Below are positions 22,761 to 36,700 of a stretch of DNA of 64,000 nt, one piece after another. The stretch is from contig NC_087454.1 of assembly GCF_036321535.1 (NCBI RefSeq), positions 17,360,001 to 17,424,000 of the forward strand, in the 5' to 3' direction. The position numbers and the translations under genes are program-made. The DNA is from Camelus dromedarius. Taxonomy: Eukaryota. Numbering within the stretch: the first letter of the stretch is position 1; each line of letters begins with the position of its first letter. Under the pieces are notes generated by a model. The model was not told the origin of the DNA and did not search any database. It saw nothing but the letters and a program-made list of their open reading frames with translations.

Positions 22761-23654
22761 AACGAAACACCACAAAGACCGTTCACAGACGCCGGTAAAA
22801 GACGCTCAGCTCTCCTCCTTTTATATAGCCAGACCATCGACTATTGGGCCCAAGACCATTCAAAAGTCCCCGCGCCCTCTCCGGATTGGTCCATTTCTGT
22901 GCCTGGCTGCCCGGATCAAGAACTGCCTTCAGGTTGGCGAATGAATACTAAACCCTGTCCTTTACCACAGCGACTTTAACGCCCTGACGTCATTTTATTT
23001 ACCCGTTCTCTTCTATATCCATTGTGGACAGAAACCTTTTGAGATCTTTACAAATGTACAGCAAGGCAATTACACACAAACAACGCAGATATCGCCAAAT
23101 AGATTTTTAAAAAACCCTGCAACAACTAAAGGTAATTTGGAAGTTTTTTTAAACATGTGGGTTGCATCTAAAGATACTCAATTTTATTGGGTGTGGCACA
23201 AGTATTGTGGACGATGCTTTTGACAAGAGCGGAGTATCAAGGATCTGTAACTTACTCTCAATTGCTTCAGCGAAATGTGTAATGCTTTTTAAACTGTTAA
23301 ATCTAGTCGCGGAAGTCTGGTGTGTCCCGTAACTTCACCAAAAATTGACGGTTAGTTTTTTTAAGACTCCAGCGCCTTCGACTACCATGCTTTCCTTGTT
23401 CAGTTCGAAAAACGTTCCCAAAGTCACTACAGAAAGAGGGCAACACTTCTCTAACTGGAACCCGATTCACTCACTTTATCTGGTTTACAATAAAATCGTG
23501 TGGCTTGTTACAGCTAACTTACTCTTAAAGACTTATTGGGCCTAACGATTTCCCCTGGGCGATTCATTTACTCGTGATTTTTCGCTTGGTGTCAGAATCT
23601 TAATATGGGCAGGATAAAAAAGCGTTAACAACTCTTCAAAAGGAAAAGGTGGGT

Positions 23655-23670
23655 GGCTCTGAAAAGAGCC
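23655..23670 (-). terminator. Histone 3' stem-loop of H2AC4
   Basis: GGCTCTTTTCAGAGCC followed by ACCCA on minus. Confidence 0.95.
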
Positions 23671-23735
23671 TTTGTAAGACTTCGCTTTTTTGGATAATGG
23701 ACAACAAAAGTGTCGTACAAAAAAAAATCAACACT

Positions 23736-24206
<471 letters not shown>

Positions 24207-25679
24207 TTATACTAACTGGAGGTAGGCTGTGTGCAACTCTCCCATTGGCTATTATCAAAGAACCAATGGGAAAGCAGAACCTGCATCCTTCATTTGCATA
24301 TAATGCTATCTAATGTGAGTTTTGTTTGTTCCAATCTCACTCAGTCTGATGGGCCTTTAGTAATAATTGCGTCTATTTCGTTTCCTTAAATAGAGAAATG
24401 CAATCAGAAGCAGGAGTGATTGTTCTCATTGTTCTGATTTTCGGCTACTGGAATTGTGATTTATTACTTTTGGAAAGGAATAAACACGGAACAATTTCTA
24501 AACAGATATTTAAGAGGTGGGAGTTTCTATGACAGATGTTGCTTTGACCCTTCTAACTCTTGCAACAGAAAAGGGAGAGAGGAGACATAATTCTTTGTCC
24601 TGGCCCAAGCGTTCTTAAACTATCTGAACAATGAGAACTGAAGGCAAGAACGAGACGATCAAGTCTTCTGTTTTATTCATCTTACCTATGATGCCTTCCA
24701 GGATCACCTGGGAGGTATGCAGAGCGAGTACTGTCCTTATTTTAGAGATCGAGAAACAGAGACCCAAGTTTATGTTCCTCAAGGTAACACAGAGTTAATG
24801 GGACCAAGGACTTCAAACTCCTGCTGGAAAAGTCTTTGTCATTATTCCCCAGTGCCACTCCCAACCATCCTACCCTCCCCCCTCCTTTCTCACTTATGTT
24901 TGTCACTGGGCCACCACACAAAATTCTAATTACTTCAGAAGACTCCCATCATCCTCCATGTTATACTGGACCTCTTGTGGTTAGAGTGCTGAAAACTTTG
25001 CAGCACATAAGTATATGGATCTCAGGACTCAGGAAAAGAAAGAACAAAGCACCCCTTAGCATAGAAATATTCAACATGAGATTACAGCATATATTATAAA
25101 ACACTATTAATATTACTACAGGGTGTGAGAAAATAGTACTCTCAATCCAACTCTGTCAAAGAACCACATTTTGATCCAGGGAACCTGGCAGGAGAGTAAA
25201 GATGCTCATCTTCTGTTTGGTTTTACCTTCTCTGAAGTCTGACTTAATGATTTTTTTTCTCTGAACAGTATACAGTTTCCTTATTATTATCTTCACTATC
25301 AACAATAATAAACATTAATACCCATTGATTCAGTGCCTTTGAAATGTTTCAAAACCCCTGATGGGGATGTAAAAAGAAATCTCAGATGTTATCTCAAAGA
25401 CTATACTTTTAAAAAAGAGTTGGTGGGGGGTTGGGTAGAGGGCAGGGCAAGGAGTGTATACCTAAAGATTAAATAGTAGAGCATATCCTGCATCCAAAAA
25501 TGAAGGTTTTTAGCAATAATTATGAGTCACATGGAGGAGGAGAGTAATCACTGTGAACTATAAGGGTCAAGAGAATCATGAGATGTACATTCAGCATTTA
25601 TTCAACATATATTTACTAAACACATGCTAAGTGCCAGAACCTAAGTGTTCTAGGCAGTGAAGTAGTGCGCCCTTGTAAT

Positions 25680-26182
25680 TGTTGGATAGGGAAAATTCTA
25701 CCCTTCTAGGTTTTTCCAGCTGGTCTAAGAATTAAGTTGACATAAGACAGATTAACAGGAGAAAATCAAATTTGAGAGGGGAAGGGCATAAGAAAAAAAA
25801 TGAGGCTTGTATGCCATCTAAGAGAAAGGGGTAGAGGCTTGGGACTTCAAAGGGTAGGAAGGCAATCTAAGAAGATGAATAAGCAAGTGTTTTGTAAACA
25901 AATGTTTGATGGGCCAAAGAATGTGACACTCTGAGAGGAATTTTAATCAACGGTCTTTGTTCAGTTACTCCCTGTCAACAATATTTAGTTCAAATTATTC
26001 TATAGTTATCTGTGGTGATAAATCCCTTTCTGAAATGGATCCTCTACCTAAACTCTTTTAGGCTTTTTAGGGGGGAAGGTCAGAGTTTCCTCCTGTATCT
26101 CTTGGGCCTTGATGGCTTTCAACTGGAAGTAATCTGCATGCTACGTGGCACCTCTTGGGAAGGCCTGCCCTGAACTCCAACA
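25680..26182 (-). mobile_element. ERV1 solo LTR (MER34-group-like), reverse orientation
   Basis: Perfect inverted ends TGTTGG...CCAACA; GACAGATTAACAGGAGAAAA is the reverse complement of the group 3' signature; no clear TSD. Confidence 0.65.
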
Positions 26183-28314
26183 TTGTCATATCAATTTACT
26201 TATTAGACAGCCAAAGAAACTAGAAGGGAAGAAGGGGAATTGTTCCTGCTCCTACAGAGGCCACATGGGGATCCTGGACCTCCACCTCAACCCAGCAATA
26301 GGAGACACTTCTTCCTTGTCAGTGTCAAAGGAGGTTGGGGGAGAAACTTGGCCTGCCACTCCCACCTGACAATGAGGCAATGCCCCTCCTTCTACCCCAG
26401 GCATAGGGAGGAGTCTCTTAAGACCAAAAGTTTAAAAAAGATTGAGACTCACCCAAAATGTTGTTATTTTTTAAAAGGTACTCTCATACTATTAAAGAGG
26501 GAAAATCTCCATTTTAAGTGAAAAATAACATATTGAGACCCAGATGACACAGATGTTAGAACTGGCCTACTAGGTATTCTAAACCAGCCATCATAAAATA
26601 CTTAAATGAGCAAAGTTGGTGTCTCATCAGAATCAACTGGGGAGTTTCACGAATTTTATTTCTGGCTTCTCTCAAGTACAGGTATCTGAATTTTTTCTTT
26701 TAAATTTCCCATTCACCTGTTAAAGATCAACCAGCTATCAGCACAGATGTCAAAACAGCCTAATTTTGAGTTTAGGAGGCCCAGGTTTTGGTTTGGGCTT
26801 CTCAACTGAGGCTATACTTTAACGTAAAATATCAACTATCAGGAATTAAGGAGAGAGAGAAAAGTAAGGAAGGCAAAAGCAAGCAAGCAAGTTAACAGTT
26901 ATGAAGAACAAGATGAGGAAAAAAATAGTCCCTACCTCAGGAGATCATTCTGAAGAGGCTGAGAATAATATTACTACCCAGACCTCACCCCTCCAGGGGA
27001 GAACCTAAGGACTTTAAGGATTTTAAACTGCAGCTTGAGTCCAAAAAAATTTTTTTCCCCTGGGGATGGGGGGAGAGGTTATGATCTCAAAAACAAAATT
27101 TTTGGTTTCTAAGGCAAGCTTCTCTTTCACAACTGTATTTTGCGTGTACTGAGATAGGAAATACTTCTTAAATAGCAGTCGACTGATTTGTGTGGGATCT
27201 GGGAAAAGATTAAGTTTTCTTTTAAAAGTAGTCTGTCCTTTTCGAGAAATTCTACTTGAAGTTTTATTCATCCAAACACACAGTTGTGTATGTCACCTAC
27301 AATACTCTGCTCGTAAATTGAGAGAAAATATTTTTCTTCTCTTTGAATACGCAGTCAACTGCTGGCTCTTTTCCCAGCTTCTCTTCCTCTCCAACCTGGG
27401 ACCTAGACCAGCCCCACTGACTCTTCTTCCTCAGCCAAGGCCCTTCCTGTTGGGATTATTTGTAGAGCCGCGGGTTCCTTAAGAAAAACTAGCACAACTT
27501 CCTCTCCAACTGAGGCCCCCCGGGTCACTGACAAGGTGGCGCCAGACTGGGAATGGCGGGAAATTCAAATCTTTTGTCCCTCCTAGAGCCCATGGAGTGC
27601 CACCCTCACGAACCCTTCTAGTAGCATTCTCGAACGGTAAATCATCCAGGAAACGGGAGCCCAAATTTCAGGGATGCAGGAAAAATGGAAAGGACTTTAG
27701 GTAGGCTGTTACCACCGGTAAACAATTCTAACGCAAAATTAGTAAGTTCCAACTGTGCAGGAAGATTTCGAGGTAATGTCTCCAACAGAAGGGCCTACAG
27801 CAACCACAAATGATTTTGTTGTTTCCCCAGTGCCGGGGTGAGTTCAGTTCCGGCAAGGAAATGCCCCTACGTGTCCTTCACGAAGCCAGGACATCTCCAA
27901 GATCCCTCAGACTCCTCCCCCTCTTTAGGGCAGCTTCAATAATCATTCCCTGAGAGTCTCTACTCTCTCAGATTCTAACCCATTCATTACCCGTCAGAGA
28001 AATTCCAATCTCTATCAGAAACTTTAAAGGGCAGGGTGGGGAGGAGTGCGCACTTTGAACAGTTTAGCGAGTACCTGGACTTTTAGTCTAGGGAAAACGG
28101 AAAATGTGATGTGAAAGTTATCTAGGTATTGCAGTACAGCAGTATGTTTCTCTTAAAAAAGACAGAAAAGAGTTGACCTTTAAACTAGAATTTGGCTCTA
28201 GCTGTTAAGATTGCTTGTACTATCAACGCTACTGGAGTATATCCCTTAGTAGGGCAAAACCGCAGTTACCCCACTAAGAAGCAGCAGTTATAGCTCTTCT
28301 TTGACAAAGTGGGT

Positions 28315-28330
28315 GGCTCTGAAAAGAGCC
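28315..28330 (-). terminator. Histone 3' stem-loop of H2BC3
   Basis: GGCTCTTTTCAGAGCC followed by ACCCA on minus. Confidence 0.95.
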
Positions 28331-28359
28331 TTTGGATTAAGGAGTACTTCAGCAAGCAC

Positions 28360-28767
<408 letters not shown>

Positions 28768-28820
28768 CTAACTGCACTCTCCACAACAAGGATCAGTGGG
28801 GTGAAAAGGCCACATCCCAT

Positions 28821-29020
28821 TCTCTTATAGTTCTGCAATGCAAATGAAGGTTCAAGATCTTGCACTTCTGATTGGATAAGAGCAGTATATTTTCATCAAG
28901 GGGGAGGGGTTTATGCAAATAAAGGCTCCACATAGTCTTTTTCTATTGGATAGAGGAAAAAACCATATTTTGACCAATCGGATAGCTTACAGACTCGTCT
29001 TTGTACTATGTATAAAAGGA
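28821..29020. promoter_or_regulatory. Bidirectional H2B/H2A promoter
   Basis: H2B TATA (CTATAA on minus, 28825-28830); octamer ATGCAAAT at 28838-28845; several CCAAT boxes; TATAAAAGG for the H2A side near 29011. Confidence 0.85.
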
Positions 29021-29084
29021 TTTTTTCTGCTACTTCCTATTTTTACACACAAGTTTTGCTATTTAGTTTCACCAGCTGGTTATC

Positions 29085-29472
29085 ATGTCTGGGTGTGGTA
29101 AACAAAGTGGTAAAGCTAGAGCTAAAACCAAGATTTGCTCTTTCCGAGCTGGCTTGCAGTTCCCGGTGGGCCGAGTGCATCGCTTGCTGCGTAAAGGCAA
29201 CTACTCCGAGATGGTGAGGGCCGGCGCGCCAGTGTACCTGGCGGCGGTGCTGGAGTTCCTGACGGCCGAGATCCTGGAGCTGGCGGGCAACGCGTTCCGC
29301 GACAACAAGATGCAGATCATCCTGCGCCACCTGCAGCTGGCCATCCGCAATGACGAGGAGCTCAACAATCTGCTGGGTAGTCAACATTGCTTAGGGCGGC
29401 GTCCTGCCGAACGTCCAGTCCATGCTGCTGCCCAAGAAGACCGAGAGCCACCACAAGGGCAAGGGCAAGTAA
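29085..29472 (+). pseudogene. H2AC5P: H2A pseudogene divergent from H2BC3
   Basis: H2A-like with many substitutions and one missing codon; 2-nt deletion after 29379; TAG at 29392-29394 in the ancestral frame; ancestral stop TAA at 29470-29472; symbol by synteny. Confidence 0.88.
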
Positions 29473-29518
29473 AGCCTAGACGAAACAACGAATTCCTAGT
29501 TTTCATTAGCCATGTAAA

Positions 29519-29534
29519 GGCTCTTTTCAGAGCC
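29519..29534 (+). terminator. Intact histone stem-loop of the H2A pseudogene
   Basis: GGCTCTTTTCAGAGCC with non-consensus 3' flank ATGTA; AAGAAAAGCTG downstream. Confidence 0.85.
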
Positions 29535-30450
29535 ATGTACGTTGTCACAAGAAAAGCTGGTAACCAGGTTGTGCTGTGTCGGTGGTATCTATTTAGAAAA
29601 AATAAGACATTATTAAAATACCGAGTTGCAGATAAATTGGCCGTCCCACGAGCATTTTAGTGCATACCAGGTGAAATTTCTGTAACCAACAAAGGTATTT
29701 GCAAAAAGGAGGCAGGAGTGTCACGGATATGTAGACAAAAACAATGTTTCCCTTTGCCGAAAATAAATCTGCTCGCCTTTACAGGTTTTAAATTAAGCAA
29801 AATTCATGTTTTCCAACAAAAGTCAGCAAGTGTTGGTTGCTATACAGTGTGTATCTGGCATTATCAAATCAGGCTATTTTGCATGCTATTTCAAATAATC
29901 CACCCAGGGACCCTGCCACTTAATTTCACATAAGAGAAAAACTCGGCATTAGAGAAGCTATGATGACCAAAGAAATAGGAAGCGGCAGTCCAGCCAGTTT
30001 GAAACTTAAAAGTAACCCAATTGTCTTTGGGAGAAAGAAATAGACACAGTTGTACTGAATTCAGTGTGCGAAACAGCAGGATTGACAATCTGCGAGTGTG
30101 TCAAGAACTGAGAATCTTAGGTCCCACTCAGGTTTACTAAATCAGAAATTAACCTGGTCCTTACATGGCTCCTTTTGCACGCTGTAGTTGGCGATAGGAT
30201 TAAATAGAACACTTGAAAATTCATTCTTTCAGGTCTCAGAGACAAAAGGGGAATCGGGAATGGGTGGTGAAGTAATTTATCCAATCAGATTCTCTAGTAA
30301 TAAACCAGTCCCCTACCCCCTTTCAGGCCAATGGTTATATCGCGCGGGACTTTTGAAAAATTGCAAGACCAATCAGAATGCTTCTAACTATATTTAAGGA
30401 CAACTGCCTAAGCTTGCCGCAGATTGCAGTTGTGTATTCAGTCGTTCGTG

Positions 30451-30861
30451 ATGGCTCNNNNNNNNNNNNNNNNNNNNNNNNNNNNNNNNNNNNNNNNNNN
30501 NNNNNNNNNNNNNNNNNNNNNNNNNNNNNNNNNNNNNNNNNNNNNNNNNNNNNNNNNNNNNNNNNNNNNNNNNNNNNNNNNNNNNNNNNNNNNNNNNNNN
30601 NNNNNNNNNNNNNNNNNNNNNNNNNNNNNNNNNNNNNNNNNNNNNNNNNNNNNNNNNNNNNNNNNNNNNNNNNNNNNNNNNNNNNNNNNNNNNNNNNNNN
30701 NNNNNNNNNNNNNNNNNNNNNNNNNNNNNNNNNNNNNNNNNNNNNNNNNNNNNNNNNNNNNNNNNNNNNNNNNNNNNNNNNNNNNNNNNNNNNNNNNNNN
30801 NNTCACCATCATGCCCAAGGACATTCAGCTCGCGCGCCGCATCCGCGGGGAGAGGGCGTAA
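30451..30861 (+). CDS. H3C3: Histone H3 (N-masked 30458-30801)
   Basis: ATGGCTC start and [18 protein letters not shown]-stop exactly 411 bp apart; H3-type promoter; middle unverifiable. Confidence 0.82.
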   Translation: MAXXXXXXXXXXXXXXXXXXXXXXXXXXXXXXXXXXXXXXXXXXXXXXXXXXXXXXXXXXXXXXXXXXXXXXXXXXXXXXXXXXXXXXXXXXXXXXXXXXXXXXXXXXXXXXXXXXXXTIMPKDIQLARRIRGERA

Positions 30862-30886
30862 AGCAGATTTCTTTACAATTGAAAAA

Positions 30887-30902
30887 GGCTCTTTTCAGAG
30901 CC
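30887..30902 (+). terminator. Histone 3' stem-loop of H3C3
   Basis: GGCTCTTTTCAGAGCC followed by ACCCA. Confidence 0.95.
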
Positions 30903-33429
30903 ACCCACCATTTCAGTTAAAAGTAGTTGTAATACGGTTGTAAGTCTCCGTTGCTGTGGCGTTGAAGGTAGCCGTGCTGTGAGAAGTAACCGTAGGTGCT
31001 TAAGGGCTTTATGTATGAAAAATAATGTAAGTCTATTTGGATTTGATTTACCAGAAAACTGATAATTAAAACCTCAGAAGCATTCACATTTATGACTTTC
31101 TTATGCAAAGTAGAGTTAAGTGCATTATGTATATATTCGTATAGGGCCCTTTGGCCATGGCCCTAAACTCCTTTTAATCTACCTGAGAACACAAGTCTTA
31201 ACAATATCTATGCATAACATTTCCAATAGTCCACAAACATCCACATCTGTCTCCATGGTCCACAAATGGTGTACCTGAAGTAGGATTGTAGTTTAGGGCA
31301 TAGAAACTGACCTCAGTACTCACCACTAAAGGTCCACTAAATAGATTTATATAACAAAAATAAGACTTACCTACGCATATTAAAATCGGATGTGAGATAC
31401 TTAAGGGTATCAACTAGTTTCTTTTACCCATGTTTCCTTTTAATACATACAAAAACATCCATTTAAGTGTTAATTTCTTTTTAAAATTTCCACCTATAGA
31501 AGTATAATTGATGGAGTAGATGAAGGTTTTCTGAGGCCTAAAGCTTACACAATTGAGTGACTCTTAAAACTACAAACAGAATTACAAAGACAAACTAGAT
31601 AATGAATATTAATTAATAATGAGAAAACCAATTTCAATTCTACAAAACCAGACACAACCATAGCCATCACAAAGTTCAGAAAAACAGCACATTTTATTAA
31701 CTTGGACACACTGCTTTTTCATATATTTTTGACTACTCTGATTCCATCTTCAAATAAAAATTATTTTGGAATATTTTGTATACAGTATAAACAGTGGGAA
31801 GAGAATTGAGTATTCCTTTTAGGGTGATCACAATTTGTTTTATTCCCTCGATAACTTAGAATTTCAGCTTCAGAGGACTATTGGTAATATCAAGCATGTT
31901 TTTCAGATAGTTTTCAAATTTGAAAAATTCTCTGTCAAGCTTCTTTCTTTGTGAGTTGTATAATTTGAAGGAATTCTTTACAGGCTAGCTTCTGGCTCTA
32001 CATTTCAAGTCTCAATTCTCCACTTCTGCACTCACTCCCAGTGGGGGGTAAGTGGGTATATGACTTCTAGCCCTGCATTTTCTTGCTAGTAATCCAGGTG
32101 AGGTTGTCATTTAGTAGGAGCATTCCTTGAAGCCATTCTTACATCAGATTGGCTTAGCAACAACTGAACTATGTATGAGCACATCTGCAAATCACTTTAT
32201 ATATCTCATTAACCCCATGCTAAAGATACATTCAAGAAATTTTCTCTTCTTAAATCCCAAATATGCTCATCAACATCCCAACTAATCAGACAAAAGGTGA
32301 ATTGTAATGGAAGAGATGATCAAGTAGAAATAAGCAATAGTTTTAATGAACTGTTATTAAATATGTCAACATAGAAATGTAAACAAAGTTTTTTTTTAAA
32401 TGAGAGCAAGTGGACACACTCCCAGGGCCTTGGAAGAATGAAGTCTGACACTTGAGTTTCATTAGCTTTAGGGTAAACCTGCCTCTCAGCACTGACTGCG
32501 TTTCCAGGTGATATGGCTTTCCCTACCCTCCTACCACTGTGTTCTACTGCAGTGGAGTGCCCCAGGAGTTGAGAATCACGTCTCAGATGACTCTCTAGAC
32601 TCTGAGATAGAGCACTGCTTCACATGATGCTTTGGATGATGGTACCTTTCTCAAAGAGAGACACTAGGAGGAGAAACTTAATTGGGAGGATATAGAGTCA
32701 ACTCTGAGGAATGGAAACACTTTCAGTGTGCAGGTGAGTTCACTGGGTCAACTTTATAGGTGTCATATGTCCATTCTGTGCTGAATATCACCTTCCTTTA
32801 GGAAGGTCCCTATGGAAGGAAGAAAAAAAAAAAAAACCAAAAAACAAAAAACCACGGAGTCATTGGATGAGTCAGTCTAATAGCTAACATTGATAATTTT
32901 CCATGGGTCAAGTACCACATGACCTGATTGGCCTCAATTATTATATATCTCTTGCTACAACACTGAAAGGTAAGTTCTCTGTCTCCATGTAATAGAGGAA
33001 ATTCAGCCTAAGAGAGTTTAGTAAATTGGCCAAATTCATGCTGCTAGCAAATATGTCCAGGAAGTCTCACACCAAACCCACCCTCTAAATATTTTTTGAT
33101 CAATAAGATTACCCAGGAATGGATTATCAGATCTAATTTCCTCCTCAAGGGTAACTGTCTTGGAGATTGGGTTGAACTCAAGTTGAATAGGGAGGGGTTG
33201 CTGTGGCCTGGCTTGGGCTACATTCTGTTATCAGATTCCTCTAGTCAGAGATCTGATATGAGATGAGGTAGGTCGGATGACCAAAAGAAACATCAGTCTT
33301 AAGGATGAACTTCTGCAGTTTATGGTCTTTAGTCTTCAGCTTAGGACCAGGTCAGCAAAATGATTTCCTTGGAAACATCTAGATTCTGCTCCAGAGCAAG
33401 TATTCTCTTATGTCTTCCTTTCAGTATAT

Positions 33430-33760
33430 ACTATAGAGCTATATTGCAGCCACTAGCAGTATGTGGCTATTAAGCAGTTGAAATGTGGCTAGTTCAAACT
33501 GAGATGAACTTAAGTGTAAAATTTAACTTAAGTGTGAAATTTGATATTTGTATTCCAAAGAATTAGTAAAAAATTTCAGAGTTAGTATAAAAAAAAAATC
33601 TCATTAATTTTATATTAGATCACTTAGTGAAATCATATTTTGATTATAGTGGGTTTAAATATTAAAATTGATTTGTTTCTTTTTACTTGTCTTAAATGTG
33701 GCTATTAGAACATTTTTAATTACATATGTGGCTTTTATTATATTTCTGAGGAATAGCGCT
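33430..33760. mobile_element. MER33/MER3-like hAT-Charlie element (similar remnants at ~35270-35510 and ~40600-40892)
   Basis: GCAGCCACTAGC..ATGTGGCTATT..TTGAAATGTGGCTAG motifs with an AT-rich core. Confidence 0.7.
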
Positions 33761-36700
33761 AGTACACAGAGGATAATTATACCCACTGCTCAGAAATTAA
33801 CTAGCTATGTCCTTTACGTGACCAAGCCTCAGTAATAATGGGACTTACCTCAAAGTGCTGTGACAAGAACATGTTTGAAAATAAACGGAGGGTGCTCAGC
33901 GACAGTGCTTGGTGTGTTGTAAATTAGTGCTCAAGAAATGCTAGTTGTCAGCACTATTGGTGTTATCACTGTGCCCTAAATTCCTGTTCCCTTCTGAAAT
34001 CCTCTAATGATGTAATCCTGTCTTGTACTGTACCGTTGAATTATCAGTCAGCAGTTTAGTTTATGCAGTGTGTATTGCCATTTTGGCTAAACAGCCAAGC
34101 TTTGCCAATTATTTGAAAATATTATTGCTGTTGTTAATATTATGTTATAATAGTAAATGAATACTGGAAATAATACTAATGTCAAAATAAAATATAGGTC
34201 TTATAAACTAAAAATCAAGGCGAGAAGCTCTTGGTTAAAGTAGCCAATTTTTAGATTCAATTGACTGGCTTAGTAGACCCAAGCCAGTCAACTATGTAAA
34301 AGGATTGTGAAGGAATGGAATAAAATTAAAGAACATGGACAAAACTGAAGAAATATTGTTGAAGATTGTATCTAATGGCTAGGTGAAATTAGAGATTTTT
34401 ACAATAACTTTCAGATCTCTGTGAATAAACTCTCCCTCCACCCTTAATAGAGAATGGTTATATTTGTTTTTGAGGAATTTATGTTTTATTTAAAAGTAGA
34501 AGGCATCTTTCATCTATGCCAATATGTTTGCAGGAAATACTCAATTCTATGATCAATTGTAAGTCTATAAACTCAATAAATTTAGACCCCAAAAGGCATT
34601 CATAAGAGATTTGAAGAAAAATTAGAGAATTCTCTTTACTTAGGTTGGTTCCTCCCCTGCCTCTTAGAATCAAGCAAAAAGGTGGACTTGAAAGTATTGG
34701 AAGATGAAAGGGAACACAGAAGTACACGATGCTATTACTATAAGCACTAACTGTGACTATATTTGGGGTGTCTTAATCGGGTCTCCTGGTTGTTGGAACT
34801 TGACCCAGCCTGAGCTAAGTGAGGAGGCCCCAATGGCAGGAGTTCCGATGGCTCAAAGAACCAGTAACTCAGGAGGTGTCAGAAACCCAGATATTACAAC
34901 TCTCTCATCTCTGCTTTTCTCTGCACTTTGGCTCCATTCTGTTCTTTTCATCCGCTAGATCTCTTGGTTTCTCATACACAGTGTCTAAGAAGACAGCTTC
35001 CAACCCCTGACATCAAGTCAACTCAATTTCTATAACTGAATTCCAGTTTTTGAATAGAAAAATTTTGATTGGTTCAAACTGGCTCAATGCCCTCTGCACC
35101 AATCAATCTCTCTTTAAGGTCAGACACTTTTCTTCCGTTTTTAGTCTACAAAAGACAATCTGTATTAAGACACACTGGCATTCAAACTTTAAACCAAAGG
35201 TGAAGTTAAGACGACTAGGATATTTGAGACCAGAAGTCATTCTAGTGTTTCATCGTCCACATCGTTGCTATGAGCCACAAATGGTTAACTGAGCTCTTGA
35301 AATGGGCCAGTGGGAACTGAAATGTCCTGTATGTGTAAACTAGATTCCAACGACATAGTATGGGAAACAAGAAACAATGTTAAATATCTCCTAAGTATTT
35401 TTACATTGATTTTATGTTGAATGATAATACTTTGGATATACTGGATTAAATAAATTATATTACTAAAATTGATTTTATCTTTTCCCTTTATTTACGTGGC
35501 CAGTGCTGTTCTAGAGATTATTAATTCATTATGGATAGATCCCTTCAATATGAGGATATCTTTGATGTGCACTTTATGGGATGCTGGCCCTTAAGGAATC
35601 TAAAATATCAAGTTGCCATTTCCAACAGCAACAAATAAGATACAATATTTGGGAATAAATGTAGTAAGAAATGTGAAGATACATTTGGAGAAAGTTTAAA
35701 ACATTCTCCACAGACACAAAATATTTGAACAAATAGAAAAATATACAATGTTTTTTGAATAGGAAAACTCATCATCCCCTAAAACTAATTAATAAATTTA
35801 ACACAATCCCAGTAAAACTACCAATAGGGTTTTGAGGGTTTTCATGTGTAATGGAAGAATGAACAAGCAGGAGATGGGAAGCATCTTAAGTACATATGGA
35901 AAAACAAAACAAATAATCAAACAAAAAATAGAAAACCCAGAAAATTCTAAAAAAGTAATGAGAGGGAATTACCTCGATTAGCAATTAATGTCTTATAACA
36001 TCTCAGCTTATTAAACATTCAATTCTTACTTTATTATCTACTATGGGCCATGTTATTCTCAGAATTGATAGCCCTGTGAACAATATTTAAAACAGTTCAA
36101 TCTCACCCTTGGGACTGACCGAAAGACCAAAAGAACAAAATAGAAAACCCAGAATGAGTCCTATCCACAAAAATTAGCCTATGATAGAGGTGGAACTTCA
36201 AGCGCTGATGGGGTGGGGAGCAGAAGGGAGGCAGAAATGGAAGAGTTAATAAATGATTTGGGGGGGGAAATTATCCACGTATTAAACCTTACACCAAACT
36301 ACAGAGGGCTCAATTATTTTAAATGTAAAATTAACAATGGAAAATTACTGGAAGAAAGATGAGAGAATTGTCTTTCTTCGCGTGTGTGCGCTGTGCTCTC
36401 AAAGGGAAGTTTTTCTATTCGTGATTATAAAGAAAACAAAGAATAAATTATACCAATTCAATAAGGAGGCGGGGAGGGATGAGTTCCCTGGTCATTACAC
36501 TAATGCGGGAATTAACACACACCAGATTCGTCGTTGCTGCAATGGTTGAAGCGCTGAGCTGCAGGTCTGCAGAAGCCACTGTCTCGGGAACTTGTCTTGA
36601 GAAATTCTGTGCACACCAGAATAAAAACAGGACGCTGGATTTTCTCTATCTAGGAGAAACGCCATGAATATGAAAGAATCTACAGATAACAATGTTAATG

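Noticed and set aside
27538-27555. TGGCGCCAGACTGGGAAT as a retroviral primer-binding site
   Set aside because: Only the first 7 nt match tRNA-Lys PBS and no LTR end precedes it
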